Source: Myxococcota bacterium (GTDB taxonomy: Bacteria; Myxococcota_A; UBA796; SXON01). Taken from it: a stretch of DNA of 64,000 nucleotides. The notes under the pieces were generated by a model. The model saw nothing but the letters and a program-made list of their open reading frames with translations. It was not told the DNA's origin and searched no databases. Shown here piece by piece: positions 9,263 through 18,965 of the stretch. The translations under genes were made by a program, and so were the position numbers. The stretch is taken from positions 34,816 through 98,815 of the forward strand of contig JAZKFH010000030.1 in assembly GCA_040386535.1 (NCBI GenBank). Reading direction: 5' to 3'. The stretch's first letter is position 1. The number at the start of each line of letters is the position of its first letter.

Positions 9263-10597
9263 CTACACCCCCGCCCGCTTCCGCATCCTCCAGAACGTGG
9301 TGCGGCTCACGCCGAGGAGCGCCGCCGCTTTGTCGAGATCACCCCCGGTCCGGTCGAGCGCCTCGCGGAGTCGATCGGCGTCGCTCCCGGTCATCGCCGC
9401 GCGAACCAGTGGGCGCATGCTGGGGCTCCGGCGCGTCTCGCGCAGCTCGGGCGGTAGCTCGTCCACCCCGATCGTGGGCCCGCGCCCGACGGCGAAGGCG
9501 TACTCGACCACGTTGCGCAGCTCGCGGACGTTGCCGGGCCAGGGATGGTCGAGCAGCGCGCGCATCGCCTCGGGGGAGAACCCGGCGACCACCCGCGGGC
9601 CCTGGCGGTTGAACAGCTCCGTGAAATGTCGCAGGAGCAGATCGATGTCGAGTGGGCGCTGGCGCAGGGACGGAAGGAAGATCGGGACCACGCGGAGGCG
9701 GAACATCAGGTCCTCCCGGAACCGCCCGGCGCGGACCTCCTCGCGGAGCGCGCGGTGGGTGGCGGCGATGACGCGCACGTCCACCTCGACCGGGTCGGAC
9801 GCGCCGACGGGCACGAACACACGCTCCTGCAACACGCGCAGGAGGCGGGCCTGGAGCTCCATCGGCAGCTCGGCCACCTCGTCGAGGAACAACGTGCCGC
9901 CGTCGGCCTGCGCGAAGATGCCCTTGCGCGCGGCGACGGCGCCGGTGAACGCGCCCTTTGTGTGGCCGAAGAGCTCGCTCTCCAGCAGCGTGGGCGTGAA
10001 CGCCGCGCAGCTCACCGCCACGAACGGGCCGCGCCGACGGCGGCTCTCGACGTGGATCGCGCGGGCGATCAGCTCCTTCCCGGTCCCGCTCTCGCCGCGC
10101 ACGAGCACGCTCGCGTCGGTCTCCGCCACGTTGCGCACGATCTGGATGACCTGGAGCATGCCCGGGTCCCGCGTGACCAGCCCGTGGAACTCGGTCACGT
10201 CGGTGCGCGCGATGGCGGGCGAGGCGAACGCGGGCCCCGCGCCGTCGAGGACGAGGACGTGGATCGCGCCGGTGGGGGCGGCCGCGTCGGGCAACACGCG
10301 CGTGTACTGGCGGACGTGCACGGTCGTGCCGTCCGCGCGTCGAACCCGCACGGAGGCGCCGTAGGACCGGGGCACGCCCTCGTCGTCACACACGACGCCG
10401 TCGGGGCACGGCCCCCCGACGACCGTGTCGGCGCCGTGGCCGAACAGCCGCTCCGCCTCCGGCGACCAGTAGAGGACGCGGCGGGCGGCGTCGGTCACGA
10501 CCACCGCCGCGCCGGGGAGCAGCGCCGCGAGGGCCCGGAAGCTGGCGCTCACGCCGTTGCGGCGGAGCCAGCCCTCGAGTCCCACGTCTTGTTCCAT
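9263..10597 (-). CDS. PAS-domain sigma54-dependent enhancer-binding protein (AAA+, Fis-type HTH)
   Basis: GESGTGKE, ESELFGH..GAFTGA, LFLDEV, WPGNVREL, C-terminal AAALLGVSRTTFWR. Confidence 0.95.
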   Translation of the reverse strand: MEQDVGLEGWLRRNGVSASFRALAALLPGAAVVVTDAARRVLYWSPEAERLFGHGADTVVGGPCPDGVVCDDEGVPRSYGASVRVRRADGTTVHVRQYTRVLPDAAAPTGAIHVLVLDGAGPAFASPAIARTDVTEFHGLVTRDPGMLQVIQIVRNVAETDASVLVRGESGTGKELIARAIHVESRRRRGPFVAVSCAAFTPTLLESELFGHTKGAFTGAVAARKGIFAQADGGTLFLDEVAELPMELQARLLRVLQERVFVPVGASDPVEVDVRVIAATHRALREEVRAGRFREDLMFRLRVVPIFLPSLRQRPLDIDLLLRHFTELFNRQGPRVVAGFSPEAMRALLDHPWPGNVRELRNVVEYAFAVGRGPTIGVDELPPELRETRRSPSMRPLVRAAMTGSDADRLREALDRTGGDLDKAAALLGVSRTTFWRMRKRAGV

Positions 10598-10678
10598 CCG
10601 TGAAACATAACGAAACATGGAACGCACCGCACGGCATCGTGGTCGCGGCGGGAGGCGGCGTTCCCCGTGGCGCGCGGA

Positions 10679-10694
10679 TGGCACATCCCTTGCT
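10679..10694 (+). promoter_or_regulatory. sigma54 (-24/-12) promoter of the sulfur operon
   Basis: TGGCAC-ATCCC-TTGCT, consensus match, 58 nt upstream of the tauE-like ATG and divergent from a sigma54 activator. Confidence 0.9.
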
Positions 10695-10751
10695 CTGGCC
10701 CGGATCGTCCGCCCTCCACGCGGCCCTGGAGCTCCTGATGGTCCCCGTCGC

Positions 10752-11492
10752 ATGATGGCCCTCGCGCTGGTCCTCTCCGTCCTCATCGGCGTCGCGCTCG
10801 GCCTGCTGGGCGGCGGCGGCTCGATCCTCACCACGCCCATCCTCATCTACGCGCTCGGGATCGAGACCAAGGCCGCGATCGCCACATCCTTGCTCGTGGT
10901 GGGCGTCACCAGCGTGGCCGCAGTGGTCCAGCACGCCCGGGCGGGCAACGTGGAGTGGCGCACCGGCCTCCTCTTCGGCGGCGCGGGGATGGCCGGCGCG
11001 TACATCGGCGGCTTCGTCGCCGCATGGCTCCCGGCCACCGTCCTCCTGCTCCTGTTCGGAGCGATGATGCTGGCCACGGCCGCGGCGATGTTCCGGGGCC
11101 GCAAGGACACGGGCGCCGGCGCCGGCGGGGGCCAGGCGGTCTGGAAGATCGTCGCGGAGGGGCTCGTGGTGGGGCTGGTCACCGGCCTCGTGGGCGCGGG
11201 GGGCGGCTTCCTCGTGGTCCCCGCGCTCGCGCTGCTCGGCGGCCTCCCGATGAAGAAGGCGGTGGGCACCTCGCTGCTCGTCATCGCCCTCAAGAGCTTC
11301 GCCGGGTACGCGGGACACGCGACCCATGTGGTCGTCGATCTGGAGCTCGCCGCGCTCGTCTCCGGCGCGGCCGTCCTCGGCTCGTTCGCCGGGAGCCGGA
11401 TGGCCACCCTGGTCCCTCCGGACATGCTCCGCCGCGGCTTCGCCGGCTTCGTGCTCCTCATGGCCGGCTTCGTCCTCTACCAGCAGATTTGA
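10752..11492 (+). CDS. TauE/SafE-family sulfite exporter
   Basis: GLLGGGGSILT, GLVGAGGGFL, AVGTSL; about 8 TM segments. Confidence 0.9.
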   Translation: MMALALVLSVLIGVALGLLGGGGSILTTPILIYALGIETKAAIATSLLVVGVTSVAAVVQHARAGNVEWRTGLLFGGAGMAGAYIGGFVAAWLPATVLLLLFGAMMLATAAAMFRGRKDTGAGAGGGQAVWKIVAEGLVVGLVTGLVGAGGGFLVVPALALLGGLPMKKAVGTSLLVIALKSFAGYAGHATHVVVDLELAALVSGAAVLGSFAGSRMATLVPPDMLRRGFAGFVLLMAGFVLYQQI

Positions 11493-11499
11493 GGTGATC

Positions 11500-11934
11500 G
11501 TGTCTCCTGACTTCACCCCCTGGCTCGCCACCCTCGGCGGCGCGCTGATCGGGGCCTCCGCCTCCGCGATGCTCCTCCTCGAGGGGCGCGTGGCCGGCAT
11601 CAGCGGCATCGTCGGCGGGCTGTTCACCCCGAAAGCGGACGACATCGGCTGGCGCCTCGCGTTCCTCGGCGGGCTGGCGCTCGCCGGGATCGGCGCCGCC
11701 TTCATCGCCCCCGGCAGCATGGCCGTCGAGATCGACCGGGAACCCTGGATGCTCGTCGTGGCCGGCCTGCTCGTGGGGGTCGGCACGCGGCTCGGCAGCG
11801 GCTGCACCAGCGGCCACGGCGTCTGTGGGCTCTCGCGGATGAGCCCTCGGTCCCTCGCGAGCGTCATCACGTTCATGGCCGTGGGCGTCGCGGTCGCGGT
11901 CGCCGTCGGACAGATCACGCGCGGTGCGTCGTGA
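11500..11934 (+). CDS. YeeE/YedE-family sulfur-compound transporter subunit
   Basis: GRVAGISGI and GTRLGSGCTSGHGVCG motifs; start 11494 or 11500. Confidence 0.9.
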   Translation: MSPDFTPWLATLGGALIGASASAMLLLEGRVAGISGIVGGLFTPKADDIGWRLAFLGGLALAGIGAAFIAPGSMAVEIDREPWMLVVAGLLVGVGTRLGSGCTSGHGVCGLSRMSPRSLASVITFMAVGVAVAVAVGQITRGAS

Positions 11935-12410
11935 AGAGCCTGCTGCTCTCGCTCGCCATCGGCCTCCTGTTCGGCGTCGGTCTCCTCGTCTCCGGCATGA
12001 CCCAGCCGAAGAAAGTGTCGAGCTTCCTCGACGTGCTCGGCGACTGGGACCCCTCGCTCGGCTTCGTGATGGGCGGCGCCATCGCGGTGCATTTTCTGGC
12101 CTACCGCCTGGTGCCGCGCCTCGGACAGCCCATACGGGCCGCGGAGTGGGCCCTGCCGACCCGCCGCGACATCGATCCCCGGCTGCTCGTCGGCGCCGCG
12201 CTGTTCGGCGCGGGGTGGGGGCTCGGGGGGTACTGCCCCGGCCCGGCCCTCACCTCGGTCGTGGCGGGGGCGTCCTCCACGCTCATCTTCACGGGCTCGA
12301 TGCTCGCGGGGATGTGGGGGTTCGCCCTCTGGGAAGGCGCGCGCGCGCGCGTTGCCCCCGCCGCCCTCGAGACGGAGGTCCCGCGGCGCGTCGTGGAGAC
12401 CGAAGGCTGA
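11931..12410 (+). CDS. YeeE/YedE-like partner subunit (DUF6691-type)
   Basis: SGMTQPKKV..FLD..WDPSL and GWGLGGYCPGP motifs; GTGA overlap. Confidence 0.9.
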   Translation: MKSLLLSLAIGLLFGVGLLVSGMTQPKKVSSFLDVLGDWDPSLGFVMGGAIAVHFLAYRLVPRLGQPIRAAEWALPTRRDIDPRLLVGAALFGAGWGLGGYCPGPALTSVVAGASSTLIFTGSMLAGMWGFALWEGARARVAPAALETEVPRRVVETEG

Positions 12411-12482
12411 ACGCCCACCGGCCCCACCGGGCGGCACGGGAGTTGCAAACCAACACTTGCACACCCTCCCACGGAGTCCGAA

Positions 12483-13178
12483 ATGATCTTCCGCCAGCTC
12501 TTCGAGCCCGCCTCCTCCACGTACACGTACCTGCTCGCCGACCCCACCTCGCGCCGCGCCGTCCTGGTGGATCCGGTGGTGGAGGAGGTCGACACCTACG
12601 TGAAGCTCCTCGCGGAGCTCGACCTGACGCTCGTCTACACGCTCGAGACCCACGTGCACGCCGACCACGTGACCGCCGGGGCGGCGCTCCGGGAGCGCCT
12701 CGGCAGCCGGACCGTGGTGCACCACCAGGGCGGGGCGGCGTGCGCGGACGTGGCCGTCAAGCACGGGGACCACGTGGTCGCGGGGGCCATCGATCTCGAG
12801 GTGCGGGAGACGCCGGGGCACACCCTCGGGTGTGTCGCCTACGTCGCCGCGGACCGCGTCTTCACCGGCGACGCGCTGCTCATCGGCGGGTGTGGGCGCA
12901 CCGATTTCCAATCGGGGAGCACCAGCCGGCTCTACGACAGCGTCCACGCGCAGATCTTCACGCTTCCGCCCGACACGCTCGTGTACCCGGCTCATGACTA
13001 CAAGGGCCGCACCGTCAGCACCGTGAAGGAGGAGCAGGCGACCAACGCCCGCCTCGGCGGCGGCAAGACCAAGGCGGAGTTCGTCGACATCATGGCCAGC
13101 CTGAAGCTGGGCTACCCAAACCAGATCGACCGCGCCGTGCCCGCCAACCGGCAGTGCGGGCGCGAATCCCAGGGCTGA
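12483..13178 (+). CDS. ETHE1-like persulfide dioxygenase (MBL fold)
   Basis: STYTYLL, THVHADH, TPGHT, FTGDALLIGGCGRTDFQ, YPAHDY. Confidence 0.92.
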   Translation: MIFRQLFEPASSTYTYLLADPTSRRAVLVDPVVEEVDTYVKLLAELDLTLVYTLETHVHADHVTAGAALRERLGSRTVVHHQGGAACADVAVKHGDHVVAGAIDLEVRETPGHTLGCVAYVAADRVFTGDALLIGGCGRTDFQSGSTSRLYDSVHAQIFTLPPDTLVYPAHDYKGRTVSTVKEEQATNARLGGGKTKAEFVDIMASLKLGYPNQIDRAVPANRQCGRESQG

Positions 13179-13206
13179 TTCTCGTCCGCTTCCTCGACTC
13201 CAGGAG

Positions 13207-13629
13207 ATGTCCATGTTCCGCTCGATCTTCGCCTCCCTCGCCGTCCTCCTCGGCTGTGCCGACGCCGCGGCGCCGGCCGCCACCGCGCCGACCTCGGCCC
13301 CCCCCGCCGCGGCGGCCGCCGTGCGCAGCGTCGATGTCGCCACGCTGAAGGCCGATCTCGACCGTGGCGCCGTGCCCCTGCTGGTCGACGTGCGAACCCC
13401 AGACGAGTTCGCGAGCGGCCACGTGCCCGGCGCGAAGAACGTGCCGCTCGACCAACTCGCTGCCCGCCTGGGTGAATTCGGAACGGCGGACACCGAGGTG
13501 TACGTCGTCTGTCAATCGGGCCGCCGCTCGGCGAGCGCGAGCGACACCCTCGCCGCGCAAGGCCTCCGCCCCGTCGACGTGCGCGGGGGGACCAGCGCGT
13601 GGCAGGCCGCGGGGTTCGTGGTGGAGTAG
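13207..13629 (+). CDS. Rhodanese-domain lipoprotein (sulfurtransferase)
   Basis: LLGC lipobox; DVRTPDEFASGHVPGA; active-site loop CQSGRRS. Confidence 0.9.
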   Translation: MSMFRSIFASLAVLLGCADAAAPAATAPTSAPPAAAAAVRSVDVATLKADLDRGAVPLLVDVRTPDEFASGHVPGAKNVPLDQLAARLGEFGTADTEVYVVCQSGRRSASASDTLAAQGLRPVDVRGGTSAWQAAGFVVE

Positions 13630-13725
13630 GCGGCCGCTACGGCTCGAAATGGCGTGCAATCGGGTGAAACCCCCGCCGGTCGCGCTGCGGAGTAGGTTCC
13701 GGTCACGACTGCCACCGGAGCTGCC

Positions 13726-15750
13726 ATGACCCCGAAGAAGACCTACGAGATCCATCCCCGCATCGGCGTTGCGCGCGTCGGAAACTCGCCAAAAGAATTC
13801 TACCTCGGGCCGGAGGCCATCGGAGGCCTGCCGATCGCCTGCGATGCCCACGGCAACGAGCTGCCGGGGGTGGCCGTCACCTACTTCAAGGACCGGACCA
13901 ACGCCATCAAGCGCCAGGCGGCACGGTTCCGGATCTTCGAGCACGAGGGGGACGGCGCACCCCGCGAGGTCACGCTCGACAGTGGGGACATCGTCGCGAT
14001 CGAGTGGACGGTGCACATCGCGAACAAGAAGGGCTGCTGGTACAACTTCGCCGATCTCCAGGGCGACCTGATGTTCGGCGAGGACAACAGCTACGACGCC
14101 GCCCACGTCGCGCTTCGCAACCCGGACACCACCGGGGAGGCCCGGCGCGGCCTGATCATCGATCCCGGACCCCGCTCGGTCCGCGAGCCGCGCCAGCACG
14201 TCCGGATCACCCGCTACGACGTCCCCAAGGACTACCCGAACGGCACCTTTCCGCCGACTGGGCTCTCCCCCCAGAACATCAATGCGCTGGGCGAGATCAC
14301 CATGGACGACGCCGGCCGCCTCATCGTGCTCGGCGCGTTCGGGTGCGCGGGCGGCCCCCCAAACACCGACATCACCAGCTTCGCCGGGGCCTCCGGCTTC
14401 TACGACGACGTGGGCGACGGGTATGTCGTCGCTACGCTGACCCATCGGGACGGCAGCAAGCAAGATCTCGAGCCGGCCTACGTCCTCATCGGCAGCCCGA
14501 AGTACGCCCCGGAGCTCACCAACATCGTGACGTTGGACGACAACGCCTACGATGTCGCCATCCGGTACCTCGCGTACGATCCCTCCCTGTACGAGGGGCG
14601 GCCCACCAAGGCCCCGTCCGCCGCGGCGTACGACCCGATCGCCGGGTTCCAGGCCAGCTACCGCCCGAACTTCGCGCGGGACATCGAGCCCATCTTCCGG
14701 GCGATGCAGGGGTATCGTTGGGTGGCCCAGATCCCGAGCATGATCGATTTTGCGTTCCCCGCTTTTGATCCCAGCGACGCGAGCGAGAAGACCCGCCCCC
14801 GGCGCGAGCGTTGGTTCTCCTATTTCCGCGTGCCCGTGCCGCCGGAGAACTACGCCTACATCAACGAGATCGAAAAGGGGCCCAACCAGCTCCTCGCGGA
14901 CGACGGCGTGCCCCTGATGCCCCTCCAGTCGGGGGACAACTCTGTCACCAACGCCTTCATCTACAAGTTCCTGACGCTGACGCCGACCCAATACTTCTTC
15001 CTCTCCCAGTGGGCGAAGGGGCTCTTCGACACGGGCGAGGCGCCGCTGGCGCACGGTGGCGTCGCGGATCTCGATCGGCGGGTGATCGGCAACTGTGTCG
15101 GCGGGCCGCTGAGCCCCGGCATCGAGACGACGTGGATCACCCGCAACCCGGCGATCTACGCGGCGCCGTTCCGGATCAAGGTGGCGCATTGGACCGGCAG
15201 CGCGGCCGCGCTCGCGGAACACTACCGGACCGCCGGGCTCTCCACGACCAACGACGTGCAGCGGGGCGAGGGCCTCGAGCCGGGGGATCTGACCAAGCAG
15301 ATGGCGATCCCGTGGCAGGCCGACTTCTTCGACTGCACGGTCCAGACGCCCAACATGGACAATCCCGAGATCAACCAGAGCCTCACCCACGACGGCATCC
15401 AGGTGCCGCCCGCCTACTACGTCTACTGGTGGCCGCCGCAGGCGCCCATGCACGTGACGGCGGGCAGCCGGGACCCGGTCGCGCAGGTGCTCGACGGGTT
15501 CGTGTCCAACCCGCCGGTGTGGCAGGCGGGGACGTCGGGGTCCTACTCGGTGCAGAACGCCTACAACATCGTCGCGGCGGGCCAGCCCGTGAGCTACCAA
15601 CGTGGCATCACCAGCTTCAACCAGATGCTCGTGTCCTGGTTCGACCTCGGCTTCGTCAAGAACGAGGGCACCGCCGAGTACCCGAGCTTCGTCGAGTCCG
15701 AGCGCAACACGTCGTTCCTCGCCCAGGGCGTGGTCACGGGGGAGAAATAG
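13726..15750 (+). CDS. lodA: LodA/GoxA-family CTQ-dependent amino acid oxidase
   Basis: HPRIGVARVGNS, IKRQAARFRIF, GDLTKQMAIPWQADFFDC, YWWPPQAP (Cys/Trp of the CTQ cofactor). Confidence 0.9.
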   Translation: MTPKKTYEIHPRIGVARVGNSPKEFYLGPEAIGGLPIACDAHGNELPGVAVTYFKDRTNAIKRQAARFRIFEHEGDGAPREVTLDSGDIVAIEWTVHIANKKGCWYNFADLQGDLMFGEDNSYDAAHVALRNPDTTGEARRGLIIDPGPRSVREPRQHVRITRYDVPKDYPNGTFPPTGLSPQNINALGEITMDDAGRLIVLGAFGCAGGPPNTDITSFAGASGFYDDVGDGYVVATLTHRDGSKQDLEPAYVLIGSPKYAPELTNIVTLDDNAYDVAIRYLAYDPSLYEGRPTKAPSAAAYDPIAGFQASYRPNFARDIEPIFRAMQGYRWVAQIPSMIDFAFPAFDPSDASEKTRPRRERWFSYFRVPVPPENYAYINEIEKGPNQLLADDGVPLMPLQSGDNSVTNAFIYKFLTLTPTQYFFLSQWAKGLFDTGEAPLAHGGVADLDRRVIGNCVGGPLSPGIETTWITRNPAIYAAPFRIKVAHWTGSAAALAEHYRTAGLSTTNDVQRGEGLEPGDLTKQMAIPWQADFFDCTVQTPNMDNPEINQSLTHDGIQVPPAYYVYWWPPQAPMHVTAGSRDPVAQVLDGFVSNPPVWQAGTSGSYSVQNAYNIVAAGQPVSYQRGITSFNQMLVSWFDLGFVKNEGTAEYPSFVESERNTSFLAQGVVTGEK

Positions 15751-15754
15751 CACC

Positions 15755-16885
15755 ATGGTGTCCGTCGACGTACTGGTGCTCGGTGGGGGGCCCGCCGGCC
15801 TGGCGGTGGCCCTGACACTCGCGAACCACGGGGCGCTCAGCGTCGCCGTGGTCGAGCGCACCGCGTACGCAGGCGCGCGGATCGGGGAGACGTTGTCCCC
15901 GGGCGTCGTGCCGTTGCTCCACTACCTCCGGGTATGGGACCGGTTCGTGGCGGACGGGCACCAGACCTCGTTTGGGACCGCGGCGGCGTGGGGGAGCGAG
16001 GACGTCGTGATGCGCGACTACCTCTACACCCCGTTCGGGCCCGGGTGGCACCTCGATCGGGCGCGCTTCGACGCTTCGCTCGCCGAGGCGGCCACGGCCG
16101 CGGGTGCCACCGTGTGGCGCGACGCCTCGGTGGCGGGGATCGAGCGCTCGTCGGTCGACGGGTGGGACGCCGTCCTCACGCGGGAGGGGGTCGCGGAGCC
16201 GGTCCACGCGCGCTTCGTCGTGGACGCGACCGGAAAGGCCGCGGCGTTCGCCAAGGCCCAGGGGGCGCGGCGTCGGTCGTACGACCGCCAGGTGGCGGTG
16301 GCCGGCGTGCTCCGCTTCGCCGATGGCGGCTCTGAGGACACTTTCACGCTCGTGGAGTCGGTCGAGACGGGGTGGTGGTACGCGGCGCGGCTGCCGAACG
16401 CGGATCAAATCGTCGCGTTCGTGACCGACGCGGACGTGGCGCGCGCGCGCGGCGTGGCCTCGCCCGCGGCATGGACCGCGGCCCTCGCGGAGACGGTGCA
16501 CACCCGGGCGCGCGGCGAGGGGGGCGCGCTCGTGGGCGGGGTGCGCGTGTACCCGGCGCGATCGTCACGGCTGACTCGGGTGACGGGCGATCGCTGGATC
16601 GCCGTCGGGGACGCGGCGGCCTCGGTCGATCCACTCTCCGCGAGCGGGATTCCGCGCGCCCTCGACGCGGGGATCCACGCCGCAAGGGGGATCGAGGCGC
16701 TGCTCCGGCGCGGGGACCCTCTGTTGCTCGAACAGTACGAGACCCGCATCCGCACGGGGTTCGAGAGCTTCCTCGACACGCGCGCCCAGTACTGCGCCAT
16801 CGAGCGGCGCTGGCCGTCGTCGTCGTTCTGGCGGCGGCGTGTCGGGCCTGTCGGGGAGCCGATGGCCGCGAGGAGCGTCGGGTAG
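15755..16885 (+). CDS. lodB: LodB/GoxB-like flavoprotein for CTQ biogenesis
   Basis: GGGPAG Rossmann motif, GWHLDRARFD, VDATG, GWWY, VGDAA..DPLS..G; immediately downstream of lodA. Confidence 0.85.
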   Translation: MVSVDVLVLGGGPAGLAVALTLANHGALSVAVVERTAYAGARIGETLSPGVVPLLHYLRVWDRFVADGHQTSFGTAAAWGSEDVVMRDYLYTPFGPGWHLDRARFDASLAEAATAAGATVWRDASVAGIERSSVDGWDAVLTREGVAEPVHARFVVDATGKAAAFAKAQGARRRSYDRQVAVAGVLRFADGGSEDTFTLVESVETGWWYAARLPNADQIVAFVTDADVARARGVASPAAWTAALAETVHTRARGEGGALVGGVRVYPARSSRLTRVTGDRWIAVGDAAASVDPLSASGIPRALDAGIHAARGIEALLRRGDPLLLEQYETRIRTGFESFLDTRAQYCAIERRWPSSSFWRRRVGPVGEPMAARSVG

Positions 16886-16887
16886 AC

Positions 16888-17378
16888 CATCGCGCGTTTC
16901 CGGCCATCCGGTAGGCGCGGAAGCCGATGAGGCCGGCGCAGAGGAGCGGCGCCGCGCTCGTGTCGTCGTACGCGGGCGGGAGGGGGAGGCAGGCGCGGGC
17001 GTCGGCGACCATGGCCTCCGCGTAGCCGCCGGGGAGCTGATACCCGGTGAAGCGCGCGCTCAGGCACAGGTTCTCGCGGTCGGAGCGGCAGAACCGACAC
17101 ACGCCGCACGTGTGCCCCAACCAGCCGACCCCGACCCGCTCGCCCACCACCGGGGTGACCACGTCCGGGCCCGCCGCGTCGACGATCCCGACGACCTCGT
17201 GGCCTGGGATCAGCGGGAGCACGGGATCGGGGAGCTCACCGTCGAGGAGGTGCAGGTCGGTGCGGCACACGGCGCACGCGCGCACCGAGAGGCGCACCTG
17301 GCCGGGGCCGGGGAGGGGAAGGGGGAGGCTCCGGAGCACGAGCGGGGCGCCGGGCCGTTCGAGGACCAGGGCGCGCAT
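16888..17378 (-). pseudogene. 3'-truncated zinc-dependent alcohol dehydrogenase (AdhP-like)
   Basis: CRTDLH, GHEVVG, CGVCRFC...ENLC, AAPLLCAGLIGFRAYR; similarity stops before the NAD-binding GxGxxG region, at the lodB stop. Confidence 0.8.
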
Positions 17379-17411
17379 GGTGTGTCCGGGTGAGCCCACG
17401 TTCAGCCTCCG

Positions 17412-18173
17412 CTACTCCCGCCTGGACGCCTCCGTCACCCGGTCCCGCCCGCTCGCCTTCGCGGCGTACAGGGCCGCGTCCGCCGCGGCGAGGAGGCTGG
17501 CGGGATCGGTGGCCCCGACGCGGGAGAGCGTCGCGACGCCGATCGACACGCGGGGGGCGCCGGGCCGCGCCGCCAACCGGGATCGCACGCGCTCCGCGAG
17601 GGCCAGGGCGTCGGGCGCGTCGGCGCCGGTGGCGAGCACGGCGAACTCGTCGCCGCTGATGCGCGCGGGGACGTCGGAGCCCCGGCACTCCGAGTGGAGG
17701 GCGGCGCCGACGGCCTTGAGCGCGGCGTCGCCCGCGGCGTGGCCGCCGGTGTCGTTGATACGTTTGAGGCCGTCCACGTCGATGAGCAGCACGGAGAGCG
17801 GCTCGGGCCGGCGACGCACGCGCGCGACCGCGTTCTCGAGCAGGATCTCGAGGTGGCGGCGGTTGGGGAGCGCCGTGAGCGGGTCGGCCAACGCGGACCG
17901 CAGCACCGCGTCGTGGAGCGCCCCGACGACCGCCCCGAAGATGCTGAACGCCAGCACGGTCGAGACGGTGATGTACAGGTAGATCGGCCATTCCGTGGCG
18001 AGGTCGAGGGGGAGCAGCCGCCACGGAGGGACGCGGAGCGCGAGGCTCCGGACGAGGAGGAGCCCCACGGGCGCGCCGAACCCGAGCACAAATCCGATCA
18101 CGGCGTACGTCCAGCGGCGCCGCGGCCCGATGCCGGGCCACGAGGTGCGACGCACGGCTTCTCTGTCGGACAC
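17412..18173 (-). CDS. Membrane-anchored diguanylate cyclase-type (GGDEF domain, SGDEF variant) protein
   Basis: DPLTALPNRR, DVDGLKRINDTGGHAAGD, RGSD I-site, ARISGDEF; two TM helices; start 18173 or 18200. Confidence 0.9.
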   Translation of the reverse strand: MSDREAVRRTSWPGIGPRRRWTYAVIGFVLGFGAPVGLLLVRSLALRVPPWRLLPLDLATEWPIYLYITVSTVLAFSIFGAVVGALHDAVLRSALADPLTALPNRRHLEILLENAVARVRRRPEPLSVLLIDVDGLKRINDTGGHAAGDAALKAVGAALHSECRGSDVPARISGDEFAVLATGADAPDALALAERVRSRLAARPGAPRVSIGVATLSRVGATDPASLLAAADAALYAAKASGRDRVTEASRRE

Positions 18174-18285
18174 GGGGCCCCCGTAGGACAAAGGAAGCAC
18201 CGATGTCGTGGCGCCTAACGGTGGGGGCCGGCGCCGCGGTGGGGAGGGGCGTTGCGCCGGTGGCTACCGGTGGCTACGCAGAGGA

Positions 18286-18576
18286 ATGCGCGCAGTCGGT
18301 GTCAAGGATCTCCGCGATCACCTAAGTGAGTACGTCCGAATCGCCGCGGCGGGAGAGCTGGTGCTCGTCACCGACCGCGACCGTGTGGTGGCCGAACTCT
18401 CCGCTCCGCGCGCGGGCCGCGCGGCCGAGGCCGGCGATGCGCTCCTCGCGGAGCTCGTGCGGAACGGCGTCGTTCGTCCTCCCCTTCGGCGCGATGACGC
18501 GCCCCCTCCGCGCCTTCCCAGCGTCTCCACCGCTGCTCTGCTCGCCGAGCTCGACTCCGATCGAGAGGAGCGTTGA
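18286..18576 (+). CDS. Phd/YefM-family antitoxin
   Basis: MRAVGVKDLRDHLSEYVR...VLVTDRDRVVAEL. Confidence 0.85.
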   Translation: MRAVGVKDLRDHLSEYVRIAAAGELVLVTDRDRVVAELSAPRAGRAAEAGDALLAELVRNGVVRPPLRRDDAPPPRLPSVSTAALLAELDSDREER

Positions 18577-18965
18577 TCTACCTCGACACGTCCGTGCTCC
18601 TCGCGTGGATTTTCGGGGAGGACCGCCACCCGCCGGAGCACTTGTGGCAGCGACCGCTCGTGTCGAGCAGGCTCCTCCAGTACGAGGTGTGGACGCGGAT
18701 CAACGCCCGGGGGGCTGACGTCCGTTCCCGGGAGGCCGCGGAGGACGCGCTCGGCCGCGTCAGCCTCGTCGAGTTGACGCCGGTCGTGCTGTCCCGAGCG
18801 CTGGCGCCCTGGCCGACGCCGACGCGCACGTTGGACGCGCTCCATGTCGCTACGGCGCTGTTCCTCCGCGACAATCGGCAGGGAATCGAGGTCGCAAGCT
18901 ACGACACGCGTCTGTGCGCGGCGGCGAGCGCGGCGGGCCTCGCGCTGGCAATGGACATCGGCTGA
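18573..18965 (+). CDS. vapC: PIN-domain toxin (VapC family)
   Basis: [24 protein letters not shown]; 4-nt overlap with the antitoxin. Confidence 0.85.
   Translation: MIYLDTSVLLAWIFGEDRHPPEHLWQRPLVSSRLLQYEVWTRINARGADVRSREAAEDALGRVSLVELTPVVLSRALAPWPTPTRTLDALHVATALFLRDNRQGIEVASYDTRLCAAASAAGLALAMDIG

Noticed and set aside
13648..13659. AATGGCGTGCAA shared with the region upstream of phhA (37461-37472, minus strand)
   Set aside because: A single 12-mer match can arise by chance; distances to the start codons differ and it does not fit sigma54 spacing.
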